A DNA stretch of 64,000 bases from the human T2T-CHM13v2.0 reference genome, Homo sapiens, in the NCBI RefSeq assembly GCF_009914755.1, contig NC_060935.1; one strand, written 5' to 3'. Every line of letters starts with the position of its first letter. The stretch's first letter is position 1. Shown piece by piece: positions 45,101 through 61,522 of the stretch. The notes under the pieces were generated by a model, which was not told the DNA's origin, made no database searches, and was given only the letters and a program-made list of their open reading frames with translations. The translations under genes were made by a program, and so were the position numbers.

Positions 45101-48100
45101 ATGCTTTTTTTAGTTTACTGTTTTTATCACTGTGTTTAAGGACATAGATCTAGACTCTATGGTTAAATAAACTAGAATTTGAACAACTTATTTAACCCTT
45201 GTAAATCTCAACTTTCATCAATTGTAAAATAATTGATGCTGCTACTGCTAGAAAACAATTACATGAAATTTACCAGGTGTCCAGGCAGTTTTCTGAGCAC
45301 ATTGCATTCATTAATTTATTTAAACCAAGTCACAGAAAATGAAAATAATGGTAAACAAACATCAAATATTTATGCAAATTAAATTAATAGTATTTTAAAA
45401 AATATGTATGCAATATTTATGATGTATAGTATATAATAGACAGTCAATAAGTGCTATCTGTTAATACTATTTTTCTTATTTTTGTTTTGGCCTAGCCATG
45501 ATTTCAAGTGTAACTTCTCAAGTCCTTTTTTTGGATTTTGAATTATTCTCCTAATATTCTGGTGTCTGAGAACAACTTAAACTATATGTATTAAGTGAAA
45601 ATAAGGAGGATGCAAATAATATATTTTAAAAGATACATGATTTCCAAATATAAAAGTGATTTAATAGCTAGGTATTATTTAACATTTAGAAAAGAAACAA
45701 GAGAAGAAAAAATTTTTAATTGCTAATATTGCAACAGAAATCAAACTTTTCAACATTTTATCATCATTTCTAATTATCTTATGCACAATTTAAAAATGCA
45801 GCTATATACATAATATTGGATGTTTTTGTTTGCATTTTTTCATTTTACTGAGCATTGTAAGGAGCACATTTTCTCTTGTTATTCATACTTTTTATGGACA
45901 TTGTTATTCGTGGCATTATAATATCCTATCTTTTCTCCACAACATTGCCAGTTGGGGAGCCCTCAGAGTCTTTTTTATTTTTCACAGTTCCAAAAAGCAC
46001 ATAAAGGAATATAAATATGTGATATTTATCTCTGCATTTAAAAAATCTAATTAAATTAATAACAACAAAAACAAAAATAATCAAAAAGATTAGATTCTTG
46101 TACAACTTGAAAATATATTAATAGTTTTTAAGATTTATTATAACGGCAATATTGTAAGTGTTTTAAATAAATAATTGCTGGCATAAAAAGTTTAGGTAGT
46201 ATAAAAACACTCATCTTATTACTGGCTTAAGAAAGAAAACTTTGTGCCTATCCTTTCCCATGGATAACCCACTTTAAGTTGCTTTTGAAATAAAGTTTTT
46301 GTCTTACAAAATATAATTTTGAAGTTTTAAATATATAATGTGTCCATATATCCAGAGTAAGATTTTTACTAAAATTTGTTAGACCTCAACTCTAAGGTAA
46401 ATCATCCTTTAATCTTTCTTCATAAGTTCTACTCTTAACTCTACAAGTAATTTTTATTTCAACTCTTCCAATAATTTTTTAAATCATCTAATTGGATAAG
46501 TTTTCCCCTCCTAGACACATTTATATTTAGAATCATGTTTAGTTTTACTTCCACCATGGACTAGTTAGTCAAATACGCATGTAAACTATAGGGTGTTTGT
46601 CCATAGTATTAGAATATTTTACCAATAATTCAGTGTTCTTAAGTATGATAGGGCATAAGATCATAGAATTTTGAATTAGATCATCTGTTCCTAAGATTCT
46701 CAATTTTATACTAACTTGAGAACATCAAACAACCCATCTTAAGGACTTTGTTTTTATATATTTTTAGAGAGTTATTCTTTAAATATATGATTACTTTTAT
46801 TGTCATAGCTAATACTAACTCCTTAATATGTTCCAGCCATTGTGGTTCTATTTTATTTAGTCCTTACAATAATGCTATGAGTTAAGTACTTTTAATTACC
46901 ATTTACCAGATGAGGAAATGAAGGCACAAAGACATTAAATAAAAGAACGTATTTATCAAAGTGCTCCCTGAGAAAGTCAACCTCACATGGCCTTATGATT
47001 GTTTCTGTCTTGCTTTTTCTCCTTTTGCTGGAGAAAATACTTCCCCAGGATGGATGGTGTTGATATTTTGAGATTACCACAAAGCTCTGTAACCACTGAT
47101 AAAGCCAAAGAGACACAACATATTGTATAAGAAAAAAACCATTTGGGCTCTCTTATAAAGGCCAATCATTCTGAAGACACTTTTATTGAAAAAGAATTTT
47201 ACTGGAAGAATCAGGGACGATGTAAAATATCCAAGTTTTATCATTTAGGAAATACATTAGGATCAGCTGATCAAAAAAATGTGTTTCATACTTGCACCCA
47301 TTGTCATTGTATTATTTTGAAAAAAGATGAATTCTGGTTAATAGATTTTATACTAATGTCATGCTTGGTGTGTTGTTATTGGTGTCAATTTTAGAGTTCT
47401 TAAAGAGAGACAATGTCTCCCAGAAAGAAGGAAAATGCAAGAATAACAATGTATAACAATATAACAGGAGTAAAAAAAAAAATATTGTGTAATATAACAT
47501 CTACAGTTTTTGTTGTCTCTTTTGTTGCTTCCCGTGGCACTGTTTCCCCGGAAACCCAGCATTCCTTAGTGTCTACTACCCAGCTAACCACCTTACTGTG
47601 ATTATTCAGCAAGGAAGTTTTGTAAACAATTTAGTAGGAAATCTTGAATAAGAGATGTAAGGACTTTTTAATATAAGGCATTTAGGAAATAAAAAGTTTC
47701 AGTAGACCTCATGCTTACCATGCACAACCACAATGACTCCTGTAAAATCTCATTAGGGATGCATCTGGAATAATCAAGTATACAGCATTCTTGTGTTAAG
47801 AAAACTTGAAGAAAGCCTCAATAAACTCAATGCTTAAACTTTAACATGTGTAATGTTAATGTTCAGAGTGCTTGTGATAGAAAACTAGAAAAGCATTCTA
47901 TAGATTTATTGAAATATATGCTATACATATGTATATGTCCTGCTATCAAATTATACCAGAATCTGAAGAACGAAGCACTAGTATTAAGGAGACTTAAGTT
48001 TTCTATCAACCTTCTCACTAAGTATGGCTGAGTTAATTTATCTGACTTTGTTATGTCACTAATTATCACAGCTTATTTCCTATTGTATTGAGTGATTCCT

Positions 48101-48232
48101 TCAAATATTATACTGACAGAATAATCCAAGAAGTTTTTTAACAGTGTTTCTACCAGATAACTTGTAGTTTTCCTTTTCTCATTAACATGTTAAGCTTATT
48201 TGCATTACAAATTCTATAATGTTTTGGTTAGA

Positions 48233-48640
48233 AAAATGCCCATCAGTGATAGACTGGATAAGGAAAATGTGGCACATATAAACCATGGAATACTATGCAG
48301 CCATAAAAAAGATGAGTTCATGTCCTTTGCAGGGACATGGATGATGCTGGAAACCATCATTCTCAGCAAACTAACACAAGAACAGAAAACCAAACAATTC
48401 ATGTTCTCACTCATAAGTGGGAGTTGATCAATGAGAACACGTGGACATGGGAAGGAGAACAAGGAGGTTCTGTAGGGGGGTAGGGGGCTGGGGGAGGGAT
48501 AGCATTAGGAAAAATACCTAATGTAGATGATGGATTGACGAGTGCAGCAAACCACCATGGCACGTGTGTGTATACCTATGTAACAAACCTTCATGTTCTG
48601 CACATGTACTCCAGAACTTAAAGTATAATTAAAAAGCAGA
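48233..48640 (+). mobile_element. L1PA 3' end (end of ORF2 plus 3'UTR)
   Basis: KKDEFMSFAGTWM.LETIILSKLTQEQKTK...SLISGS* followed by the G-rich 3'UTR and the aaagtataatt terminus. Confidence 0.95.
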
Positions 48641-48817
48641 AAAGGTTAATTTAATTTTCTATTACTAACAAAATGAAATCAACCAATTCTTTTAGAGATG
48701 TACTGAGGCATCTTTCCTTTTTAAGATCATTACATTGTGTGTTTATTAAGGGTTACCAAACACTTTCGTCATGTGATGTATGGCTAAAAATTATAGTACT
48801 TCAAATGTGTTCTGGAT

Positions 48818-49156
<339 letters not shown>

Positions 49157-49232
49157 TAATAAAAATTGAGATAAGTGCTGCGTGGATGTTAGTTATAATT
49201 AACGAGGATGTAGGCTTCTTGTAGTAAGGGTT

Positions 49233-49594
49233 TGTCTTAGTTTGTTTTGTGCTGCCATACCAGACTACCACAGACTGGATTATTTATAAATGGAAACGTA
49301 TTGGCTCACAATTCTGTTGGCTGGAAAGTCCAGTATCAAGATGCTGGCAGATTTGATGATTCTAAGATAGTGCCTTGAATGCTGTGTTGTCCTCCTGGAG
49401 GAAGAAATACTTCATCTCACATGGCAGAAGATCCAAGGAAAAGAGGGCAAATGGGAGCCTAATTCATTCTTTTAAAATGGCATTAATTCTACAAATGAGG
49501 GGAGAGCCCTGATGGCCCCATCACCTCCCAAATTCCCACCACCACAAGGGCAAATTTCAACATGTGTTTTGGAGAGGATATTCAGACCATAGCA
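49233..49594. mobile_element. MST/MLT1A-type MaLR solo LTR
   Basis: tgtcttagtttgttttgtgctgccata...ttcagaccatagca termini (TG...CA), ~360 bp. Confidence 0.85.
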
Positions 49595-50021
49595 GTGATA
49601 TTAAATTTCTTTGACATTGTTCATAGCAGTTGCCATAGTTCTGAGTACATGGAGGTCAAATAAATACATACTGAATTATATTTACTCAATGTTGAATTTA
49701 AATATGTTCATATGTCCTAATGAAAACAGAAGTGCTAAATAATATGAAAGTGTTTCCTTTCAGGATTTAGATGTCACGGTCCTATTTTGTAGACTAGACC
49801 AGGGTGACTAATTTATGAGAGCTTGGTCAGTACTGCAACCCCAGGGTTAGGATTTTTTACTTAATGTCGAAGTGTGAAAATCAGAAACTTTGTCATAAAC
49901 TATATTTATCTAATAAACCAAACTTCCTAGTCTTCCTTGTTTCAGTAGCCTGTTTGGCACTGTAACTTAGTAACTAATTCCTTCAGGCTTTGAAAAATAT
50001 TTGAGTGAGTAAGAAAATGCC

Positions 50022-50369
50022 GGCCAGGCGCAGTGGCTCACGTCTATAATCCCAGCACTTTGGAAGTCTGAGGAGTGCGGATCACGAAGTCAAGAGATCG
50101 AGACCACCCTGTCCAACATGGTGAAACCTTGTCTCTACCAAAAATACAAAAATTTGTTGGATGTGGTGGTATGCACCTGTAGTCTCAGTTACTTGGGAGG
50201 CTGACGCCAGAGAATCATTTGAACCCAGGAGGTGGAGAATCGTTTGAACCCAGGAGGCTGAGGCCAGAGAATCGTTTGAACCCAGGAGGCAGAGTGAGCT
50301 GAAATTGTGCCACTGCACTCCAGCCTGGCAACAGAGGGAGACTCCATCTCAAAAAAAAAAAAAGAAAGA
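50022..50369 (+). mobile_element. AluS (Sc/Sg-like) with an internal triplication
   Basis: TSD aagaaaatg (50011-50019 / 50370-50378); agaatc(a/g)tttgaacccaggagg present three times. Confidence 0.95.
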
Positions 50370-51139
50370 AAGAAAATGTGGTACGGCTTTGTGGGGGTGG
50401 CCAGTGAGTAAGCATCCAATATAAAAGAGAAGGCAAACACCTGGAAAGAAAAACTTGTCTCTGTCTCTTGAGAAGGTGGGGTGAAGCCCTTTTTCTTCTG
50501 TCCCATGTACAATCATTTGACCATTCCTTACTTCAACACCTCTACTTTGTCACATGGGTTACTTAAAACATATGAGTTCAATAGGTTGTGAAATACTGTG
50601 AGAAGACAGAAATAACTAGTCATAAGATTAATTTTCCAGGTTGACTTTCCCTGTTGCCCTATGGAGTTCTCTTTTCTTAAAAGTATTCCATTTAAAGGTA
50701 AAGAAAGAGTGATTAATCTAATATATTCCTTTTCCTTCCTTCCAGCAGGGCTTAGAATATGAGAAATAATAGTAGATTGCATACACTGAATGACTCTCAT
50801 GTGTTAGTATTTTCATATATAGAATCTCATTTTATTTTCACATTGTCTTACAATGCAGATATAGTTGTCTTTTATAGGAACCAAGGAAACTAAGGTACAG
50901 AGAAAATAAGTAATATTACAAAGTCACAGTAAACTTGAGACAAAATTTTACTTTAGATATTTCTGACTCCAAAGACTCTTTCTATTACACCATGCTATCT
51001 ATATTCAGTGTTCCAAATGCAGATGCTAAAGAAGTATAAAGTGTCTGTATGAAACCCTGACCCTCAATTCTACTCATGGAGTCAACTACTATTGGCAGTT
51101 TCACATTAAATTTTCTAATTTTTCTCTAAATTTTTTCCC

Positions 51140-51780
51140 CTTTAGTTTTACTTTAGGTTCAGGGGGTACATGTGCAGGCTTGTTACATGGGTAAATTGTG
51201 TGTTGTGGGTGTTTAGTGTACAGATTATTTTGTCGCCTGTGTAATGTGCGTAGTACCCAGTGGGTAGATTTTTATTCTCTCCCTCCTCCTACCCTCCACC
51301 CTCAAGTAGTCCCCAGGGTCTATTGTTCCCTTCTTTGTGTCCATTTGCTTTCAATATTTAGCTCATCCTTACAAGTGAGAACATGTGGTATTTTTCTATT
51401 CTTGAGTTAATTTGCTTAGGAAAATGTGTGTTGCCAAAAAGGGCATGATTTTGTTTTTTTTTTATGGCTGTGTAGTATTTCACTGTGTATATGTACCACA
51501 TTTTTAAAATCTAGTCCACAGTTGATGAACATCTAAGTTGATACTATGTCTTTGCTATTGTGAATAGTGCTGTGATGAACATATGCATGAATGCATCTTT
51601 ATAGTAAAACAATTTATATTCCTTTGGTTGTATAACCAGTGACAGGATTGCTGGGTTGAATGGTAGTACTGTTTTAAGTACTTTGAGAAATCACCAAACT
51701 GTTTTGCATAGCAGCTAAACAAATTTATATCCCTACCAGCAATGTCAAGTATTCTTTTTTCTATGCAACCTTGCCAGCAT
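51140..51780 (-). mobile_element. L1PB/old L1PA 3' end
   Basis: ttcagggggtacatgtgcagg..tgttacatgggtaaattg terminus and ORF2 C-terminal remnants. Confidence 0.9.
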
Positions 51781-53197
51781 AACTTTTCACAATCCATTTC
51801 TTTTCCTCCTTCCCTCTCTATCTTTATATTTTATTAAATCATATTTGAACAAAAATTAAGATTGATTTTTGCACCTTCTTTTCTGACTTAATTTAAAAAA
51901 CAATAATAATATATCATGAACATGTTTTCAATTCCATCTGATGCATTTTGTAAGCGTAGATCACTTCCAGGTTATTGTGTAGTTCCTATTATTGCATGCT
52001 CCTTTATAAAGAGTGTAGAGTATTTTCACTCTCACTGAAGTCTTTAGCAATATGACCTATCTTTACCTTTTCATGTTGTCTCTTGTTGCCATCCTTAGCA
52101 ACTTCCAAACATAAGTTTGCTGTCCATCTGAGCCACTGAGCTTACAATTTATTGTCAGCCACCAGAGCAAATCCAGTCTAGTGATATCTCTTGAACAGAG
52201 TTAAGGTTGCTTCCTGGTAGTTAGAGAAACAAATGGAGGTTTTCTTTTCGGACTAGAAAAGGATGGTTCATAACATTTTTTTCCTTATGCCACTACTCCC
52301 ACATCCTCACATTACAAGATACAGAAGAAAAAATGAAGCCAATATAACGTGAAGATGACTTTCTAGATTTCATTCTTACCACACCTAATTTTCAGCTTCT
52401 CCTGCTAACTAACATTTTATAGATTTGTGGCTCGAGGCGGACATTAAGAAGATATAAATAAATCTTTTTTAGTGGAAAAATTGTCTATTAGTGGTGTAGA
52501 GCTCATTTGATTACCTGTCCTTTGAGATATTCACTTGTTTAACAGTCAGTTATGGTTATTTAGAGAGTCTACTATGAAGCAAGTCTGGGCCAAGGTGTAG
52601 ATAATTTGTTAGCAGACTGTGAAGGTCCAATATTATACTGCAAACCTTGATTCATACTTCAAGCTTATTGGCCAAGGTATTAGATATGTTTTTTCCAGTA
52701 ATAAACATAAGAATTGAAAATATGTCATTGAAAGTTAGACAAAGTAGAAAATATTTGTTTCCCCAACATTTTTGGCCATAATATATTGTAATAGAATACA
52801 TATATTTTCTGTTATTTTGATCTTGAGATCTTTGAGCTAAAGAGGCGATACAATATACATAAACATCCCTGCCAGTATTTTATGTTTAATAAGCTCTACC
52901 TCAATTGAAAAACTCTATTATTTGAAGCACATTAAAAATGAATTTAATGCCAAAATAAGCTTCTTCGTTAATTTGGTAGATGACCATAATTATTTTTGCT
53001 ATGAAGATCCTGATTTAAGAGTCTGAAATTAAAGGAGGCTGCAGATAATTTAGTGATGGTGCAGTTGAGGGATCATTAGGCATACTCTCCTCAGTATCTC
53101 TGGCATGGCAGGGCTAGCTGTCTGAACCTGTATTTATGCAATCTTTCAATGAGTATCTTTGGGATTAAAAAAGATACTTGGTATCTGATGAATAACT

Positions 53198-53830
<633 letters not shown>

Positions 53831-54207
53831 TTAAAATTTCTTAACTGACCCACTGTAAGGTAAAATACTAAGGAAATGATGAACACACATGGCTGGACAA
53901 GGAAAGACCCTGGTATGTCTGGGACTAGAGTTGTGATCTACTCTGTATTACTTTGAGACTACAGAGGTTCTAAGGACCCCAGCAGTTTTTAATCTCAACT
54001 TGATAGCAATACTCCATTGATTTAACATTATAATAGGTAGGATGCGTCTGGGAAGTATGGAGAAGAGAGCAGAAGAAGAGCGTTTGGGGGTCACGTTGTG
54101 TAAGATGGAAAGCAGAGACAAAAGAAAGGGATAACAATTTCCCCTGATGGTGTATGAAACATTCTTCATCATTATTCTGATATTCTCCATATACCCACAC
54201 AATGAAC

Positions 54208-54222
54208 GCACGTGTGCATGCG

Positions 54223-54253
<31 letters not shown>
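54208..54253. repeat. Alternating purine-pyrimidine tract (GC)n(AC)n
   Basis: gcacgtgtgcatgcgcgcgcgcgcacacaca... Confidence 0.9.
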
Positions 54254-54254
<1 letters not shown>

Positions 54255-54679
54255 TTGCATATACTTCATTCATGCCCCATAATAGTACAGGAGGGTGCAG
54301 TGATACAGTAACTTTCCAAGTATAATACATCACTGTTTGGAAAAAACATAGCTGGAAACATGCATGAAAATTACCTGGGAATGTGTCAGAAATACACATT
54401 CTTGGGACCCACCCCAGATTTTGTGAATCAGAAACTCTGGGGATGAGACATTTTAAACAGATTTCCTACAAAGCATTTGCTCCTGCATTTTCATTTTTAA
54501 ATCTAAGACCTAGTTCAAAACCCATTTCCTGCTTGAACCCTCCTCTAGCCCCCTGATAAGTGATCCACTTCTTGACACAGAAAACATTTTATACTAAGGG
54601 ACCTTATAATGCACTGTCATTTATTGCAGTTCTATTTGAGCACATTTTACCTCCCAGGCCAGACTAGTAAGGAAAGTAA

Positions 54680-55033
<354 letters not shown>

Positions 55034-57665
55034 TATTCTTTTATTTTTAATCTTGCATAACTCCTACCTTGTGGTGGATCATATTCATATTTAAATAGTT
55101 GGTATATGATGAATATGGAGTAAAGGTTCTATAATATCAAAATAGTTGAAGTTACGGTTAGTGTGTATAGTGAATATTGGCTCCTTTAGGCTATAAAAAT
55201 CAGCTTTCACAAGTATAGAAAGAAAATGCATGAAATGAGCACTTACTAGAGTCCAGGCGTGTGTTTAGTTAAAATGTAAATGGAATAACTGCTATAAACC
55301 AGGCCCCATGTGATATGCTGGGGAAAAATATTTCACCAGCCCCTCCCAGGATACGATCTATCACAAAACTCTGTTGTGTTTTGTTAAGAACGTTTGTTAT
55401 CATCTCAAATTCTCATGTGGTTTAACTCGTTCTCTTGTTTATTGTCTGCCCCTTTCCCAAATCCATGAGATAGACTTTGTCTAATATATTAACAGTTGTA
55501 TCCCAAATGTCAGGGGCAGCCTGGTACATAATATCTATGGAAAAAAATACTTTTGAATGAGTGAATGACTTAAAGAGTGAGTAACATTGTGAGGAAGACA
55601 TTATAACCCCATCATAGACAAACTGAGACTCTGACAACTTAAGTGACATGCCCAAAAAATATAGAGTCTAGAGTTTAAAACTCAATTCTTTCCAATTCTA
55701 AAAATTGCATTTCTTAGCTCTACCAGCCATCTTCACATGATTTTTCCCCTTTTAACATATCTGTCTCCATTTTTTTCAAGGGATCATGGGAATTTGAGCT
55801 GCAGTTTTTCAGTACTGACTGCCTGCACTTGAAAACTTCTCAAAATTGTACTGAGCTGTGCAGTTAATCATTTTCTTGAGTTGAAATGAATACTGCAACC
55901 TTGCATACCACCAGTTCTCCCAATAATTTTGGTATATGCATCCCCAGCTTTTGGAAACTTCCTTGAGAATCAAGGAAGCAGAAAGATAGGATTAAGGAAG
56001 CAGTTATCCAATGAGTTCCCAGTCCAGTGAGCTGACAGCAGGAACCTTGGCCATGGGCTGATTTTAAAGAGGCTTGTGCAGGTGATGGAGTGACCTTGTT
56101 AGTGATATTTTCTTTTTTATTTCTTCCTGCATATTTTGCTTTCTGTTTATTATATTGAGGGAAGCAGAGGACTTGTGAGGAACTTCATAAAGCTTTTTCT
56201 TTTTTCCAGGACTCCAAAGATCCACTGAATCCCTTCTGTTCTTTTTTTCATTAGCTTCAAAATATTGAGTATCAGACTGTTGTAATAACAAATCCATTCA
56301 GTATTCACTAATGAAGTTGTATGAAGATAACTATGACCTGGAATTTAGACGGTGAAATGAGGGGACTGTGGTCAAATGTATTATTTATCCTTCTTCATGG
56401 AGACTCTCACAGGGTATTGGAAAGGAAATAGCCACAGAATATCCTGGATTTGAGTCCTAATTCTGCCACCATGAGAAAGCACTAATCTCACTAAGCCAGT
56501 TTTTTCTTTTTCCTGCCAAATAAGATTCACTGTGATTACATAGAAGGATATTTGAGCATTAAATGAGATAATGATTAATACAGCCCTAAGGATCATGCTT
56601 GGCACATAGTATATATTGCGTAAATGTATGTCACACTTATTATTTTTAACATAGAATAATATGTAATGAATGGTCTCACAGGGATAAGGGATCATTAATT
56701 CATCAAAAACCAGATAAGCATGAAGCTGGAATCGATGGTTCCTTCAGTTCTGTGTCTAGGACATGTAGACCAGATTATATGGAGTTTTTTAAGTGGGCTA
56801 CCTACTAGTGTAATTGAATGAGGACCATCATGGCCATAATTTGGCTTGTTTTTACTCCTCTAACAGTGTTATAGTTTTAATTCTCTGACTGTCAGCACCC
56901 ACTGATCTTTAGTAATTCCAACAGTCTATCACTAAATTCTACTGTGGTCCACATTCTTAGTATGGACTTCTACTATTTCTCCCATTACAGGAAAGATGAA
57001 GACTTAGCTTAAGAATGTTTCCTGTAAGTGAGCATGCTCTGAACAATCTGTGGTGGAAAATGGATGTGACATATTGTTAATGTTGGATTGTTGCTAAAAT
57101 GTCTTTTGATGCCATAAACATGAGATTGGAAGTCCAAACACCTGGGCTTAAATTCCAATTCTGCACTTACTATTTTGTGTTATCTGAGACTTTCACTTGT
57201 GCACTATAAATAGGACCGGAAATGCTTAACTCACATGGTAATTATGTGGGTTAAATTAAATTAGATAAGGTATATTCAGCACCTGGAATAGTGAGAATTA
57301 ACAATTGGTAATGCTTTGGCTTACCTCCCTGACCTTCCATAAACCATGCATGGCTGAACTCACCCTGTCCCTGCCCAGATTTTGCACTGTTGAGATTATG
57401 AGGCACTTCCTAATGGTTGCTGCAGCTGCAGCCCATAAAACAGAGCTCTTTGCATGTGTGAAGAAAATCGTAATAAGAGGGGCCTCCAGAGCCATGCCAC
57501 ATCTCTCAGGCAGTACAGCCTCTTTAATGGAATCATATGAATGATTAAACCAAAGCTGCCTGATTTGTCTTCCTGTTTTATAGCAGAAACTTTTCTACAG
57601 GTTCTGGCATCAGAAATAATCTTTCCACTCCGAAATTTGGGAAGTATTGGAGATGAAAGGGTATG

Positions 57666-58058
<393 letters not shown>

Positions 58059-58064
58059 TAAGAC

Positions 58065-58600
58065 CAGGTGATCAAGTGTAACACAAACAGTGATAAGGGT
58101 ATGATGACAGCACATACCCTCGATATGATGCAAATAAGAACGGCACTTTCTTCTGTGATCTTCCTCCCAAAAACATACAACCCCAATGTAATCTGAGAGA
58201 AAAACATCAGACATATCCCAATGGAAGGACATTCTACAAAATACCCACTTCATGCTCCTCAAAACTGTCAAGGTGATCTAAAACAATAAAAACATGACAA
58301 TCAGTCACAGTTTTGAGGAGCCTAAGGAGGCAGGACAGCTAAATCTAGTGTGGTAACCTGGATGTGATCTCAGATAAGAAAAAGGATACTAGGAAGACAC
58401 TAAGGAAGTCTGAACTAACTATGGGCTTTAGTTAGTAAGAATGTATCAATATTAGTTTACTCTTCGTGACAAATGAACCATATTAAAGCAAGATGTTAAC
58501 GGGAAAATGTGGGTATGCAGTATATAGGGACTTTCTGTGCAATATTTACAGTGGTTCTATAAATCTACAACTATTCTGAAATGAAAAGTTTATTTAAAAA
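58065..58600 (+). mobile_element. L1MC/L1MD-type 3'UTR fragment
   Basis: aaaacatcagacatatcccaatggaaggacattctacaaaatac and ttctataaatctacaactattctgaaatgaaaagtttatt terminus. Confidence 0.7.
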
Positions 58601-59694
58601 TATTATTATTCTTATTTATCCTTCAAAATTCCGGGCACTCTTTTAGGAAGCCTAACCTTTTATGTAATCCCATAATCCCATAACTTCCCACTATCCCCCA
58701 TCACCATGGTTTGTATTAGCCCCTCCTCTCTAGTCCCTATTGCATTGTATGACCATTTTTTCACAGAACTAAATGTTCTTCAAGGACAGGTCTTTAATTT
58801 CCATATCCCAGTGCCTCTCATAGCATTTGGGATAGATAGTAGATAGATAAATGTCCAAGACATAGTAGAATAAATTTTTAAAAATATTGAATAAAACAAT
58901 GTTAGAACAAATAAATGTGTTTTTTAATGAAATAGTAACTGAAGGGGCAGAAATATTAAGCCCAGCAAATGGCATCAGCTGCCTTTGTACTGATATGATG
59001 TTGAAAAGAACAATGACTGAGGGATCTCGCCACAGTACATTTCACATATTATTGCATCACTGATAACATAATTACTGAAAAGTGTCTTGTTTCTGAGGGG
59101 CAAGGCTCTATTCTGGGGGTTGGATTTGGTACACAGATACTGCTTGGTGTTAAGCACAACTATTTGGCCTATAGACACTACATGTGCCCTGAATGTGAGC
59201 TTCATTCACTAAATCATTCAACAAATCTGTAATGACAATGGCAACAATAACTACCCTTTATTAGATAATTGTGTGCCATATATTGTGTCAGATGCTGTAT
59301 TGTACTGATTTCATCCATGCAACAAACCTGAAATTTAAATTATCCTATTTTATAGATGAGGAAATTGAGGCAGATAGTTTAAGTAATTTTATTTAAAGGG
59401 CCTATCATGTGCCAAGCCGTGGATATACAACTGGAAGAGTAGGAGGGAGGCACTGGAGAAAGAGGTTGTAAGAAGTAAAAACAAAGTGCTAGTGATGGGC
59501 ATATTGACCTAGACTTTTATCTAAATGCTTTGGTCACCTATGACCCTTTCTTTTTAGGAACTGAAAACCAAACATTCTGTAGCTTTTCTTCTAAATCTCT
59601 TATTTTCCTTCTGGAATAGAAACTCTATGGTGAGTACTCAACAAATAACAGGAAACAACAGTGCATCTGATATAGTACTTGTGAGAAGAAGCAT

Positions 59695-59905
59695 ATTGTG
59701 TTAAAGGGTTCAAGCTTGGAATCAGATACACTTGGACTGAAATCCTGGGTCTGCCGTTAGTAGCTCTGTTACCTTGGCCAGTCAGCTTCTGCTTCCTTTT
59801 TTATAAGTGGGAATTATCATTCTTCTCTTGAAAGGTTGTTGGAAGGATTAAGTCATAGGTATCAAGTACTGAGAGCAGAGTAGGTATTTATTTGATAAAT
59901 GGTAA
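59695..59905 (+). mobile_element. MIR (one of many MIR fragments; others at ~6060-6290, 19680-19900, 21720-21930, 22380-22565, 44620-44850, 56420-56640)
   Basis: MIR core motifs (aatcctgggtctgcc, ctgttaccttggcc, ggttgttggaaggattaa). Confidence 0.7.
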
Positions 59906-61522
59906 GAGGCATTTTCATTACACCTGTGGAGAGAAGTAAAACACAGTAGCTGGTGGAAGGAGGAGGTGTGCTGAAGGCCAGCTTTCAACTTCTGTACATT
60001 ATGCTATGCCTTGTTTGTTTTTTAATTTTGTTGAATGAGTCTGTCTCAAGAATGACATTCTCAATAAAGTTTATTTTGTAGGGCATAAACTAGTATTAAC
60101 AGAAGAGCCTACTTATCTTTTATTCATTGAGCATTGCTACAGACTAGAGCCAAGGTAATACTCAGAAGTCCATTAGTTAAACCTTGGTGGTCTGAGGGTC
60201 ATACCAGAACAAGGATGCACTGATGAATTTCTTATTTTTAATGGAGTCAAACGTTTGCTTAGTTTATATATAGTTTGTTCTATGGTGACAGAATGTTAAA
60301 GTTTGGAAGGACTTGAGAGCTCATCAAATTTATTCTTATATGTACCTCTGTGTAGTCATAAATGAGAGAATATGAAGAAAGCTTCTTGGTGTTAATGATA
60401 GTGCTAGCCTTGCTACTTGTATTTGGTAGTTAAAGTATATAGCTTTTCTTTCTACAAACAATTTAAAGTACTCTCATCATGTACTCCCATCAAAAATTTT
60501 ATCTGCAGATGGCTATTATCCAGTTTGCAATGAAAAACTGAGTGGAAGCAGTATTTACTTTAGGAAAATATCTTCCTGACTGTTTTATCCTATCCCACTA
60601 GAGGTAGACCTTAGTATGCATACACTAAATTTCAGGAGCCAACATGGTCTTTATTGACTTGGCCTCACAAAAGAAGCATGCCCACTAAAGTACACCCAGA
60701 TGTGTAGAAACAGCCACATCATAATGGCTTACTGTTATACTTGCTAATTGACAATAAGAAAATCACTCGACTTCTCTAAATGCTAGTTTCATCCTTTCTC
60801 AAACAGCAGATAAGAATTACTTTTCAGGGCTACTTAAATAACAACAGACAGTGTATATAGAGGATTTTGCATTGGTTAGCAAATACCACCACCACAAAAT
60901 ATTGGAAATGTACTATTAATTTCTTTCTATAAGACTATTATTAAAGACAATAGGAATATTGTTATTCCAAGTCCTTATATAAAGACATGTCAGCATAAAA
61001 ATTACTTTTGAAAATTTTATGAAAATATCTCTCTATGTGAAAAACCGTTATTTCCATGCACATAATATGTACATATATGTATGATGTATATATAATAAAT
61101 ATGAAAGATGAATGTATATTATATATGTTATGTGTTATAGATAAGCACAAATATGTTTTATGGTATATATAAATAAATATATGTGTAATACAAAACATAT
61201 ATAATGGTTCTATATATTTTATAACATATTTATATATAGATATAATTTACATGTATTTAGTTAGTTCTACCTTAACACTAGAAAGCTCAGCACTAAAATA
61301 AATTTTTGAATATAGTGTTTTTTCCCCTGTAGATGACTGAAATCTTCTCTTTCCTTCCAACTGGGTTTTGATTGTTTCAATATCTGCAATCTGCTCTACT
61401 AAAAACCACATTTGATCACTTTTAGAAACAGGGAGGACCTCAGCTGGCAAATATATCATGCCTTCTAGATCAGGAGAGAAAACAAAAGCAATGAGGTTAA
61501 ATGACATGCCCCCTAACTCACA

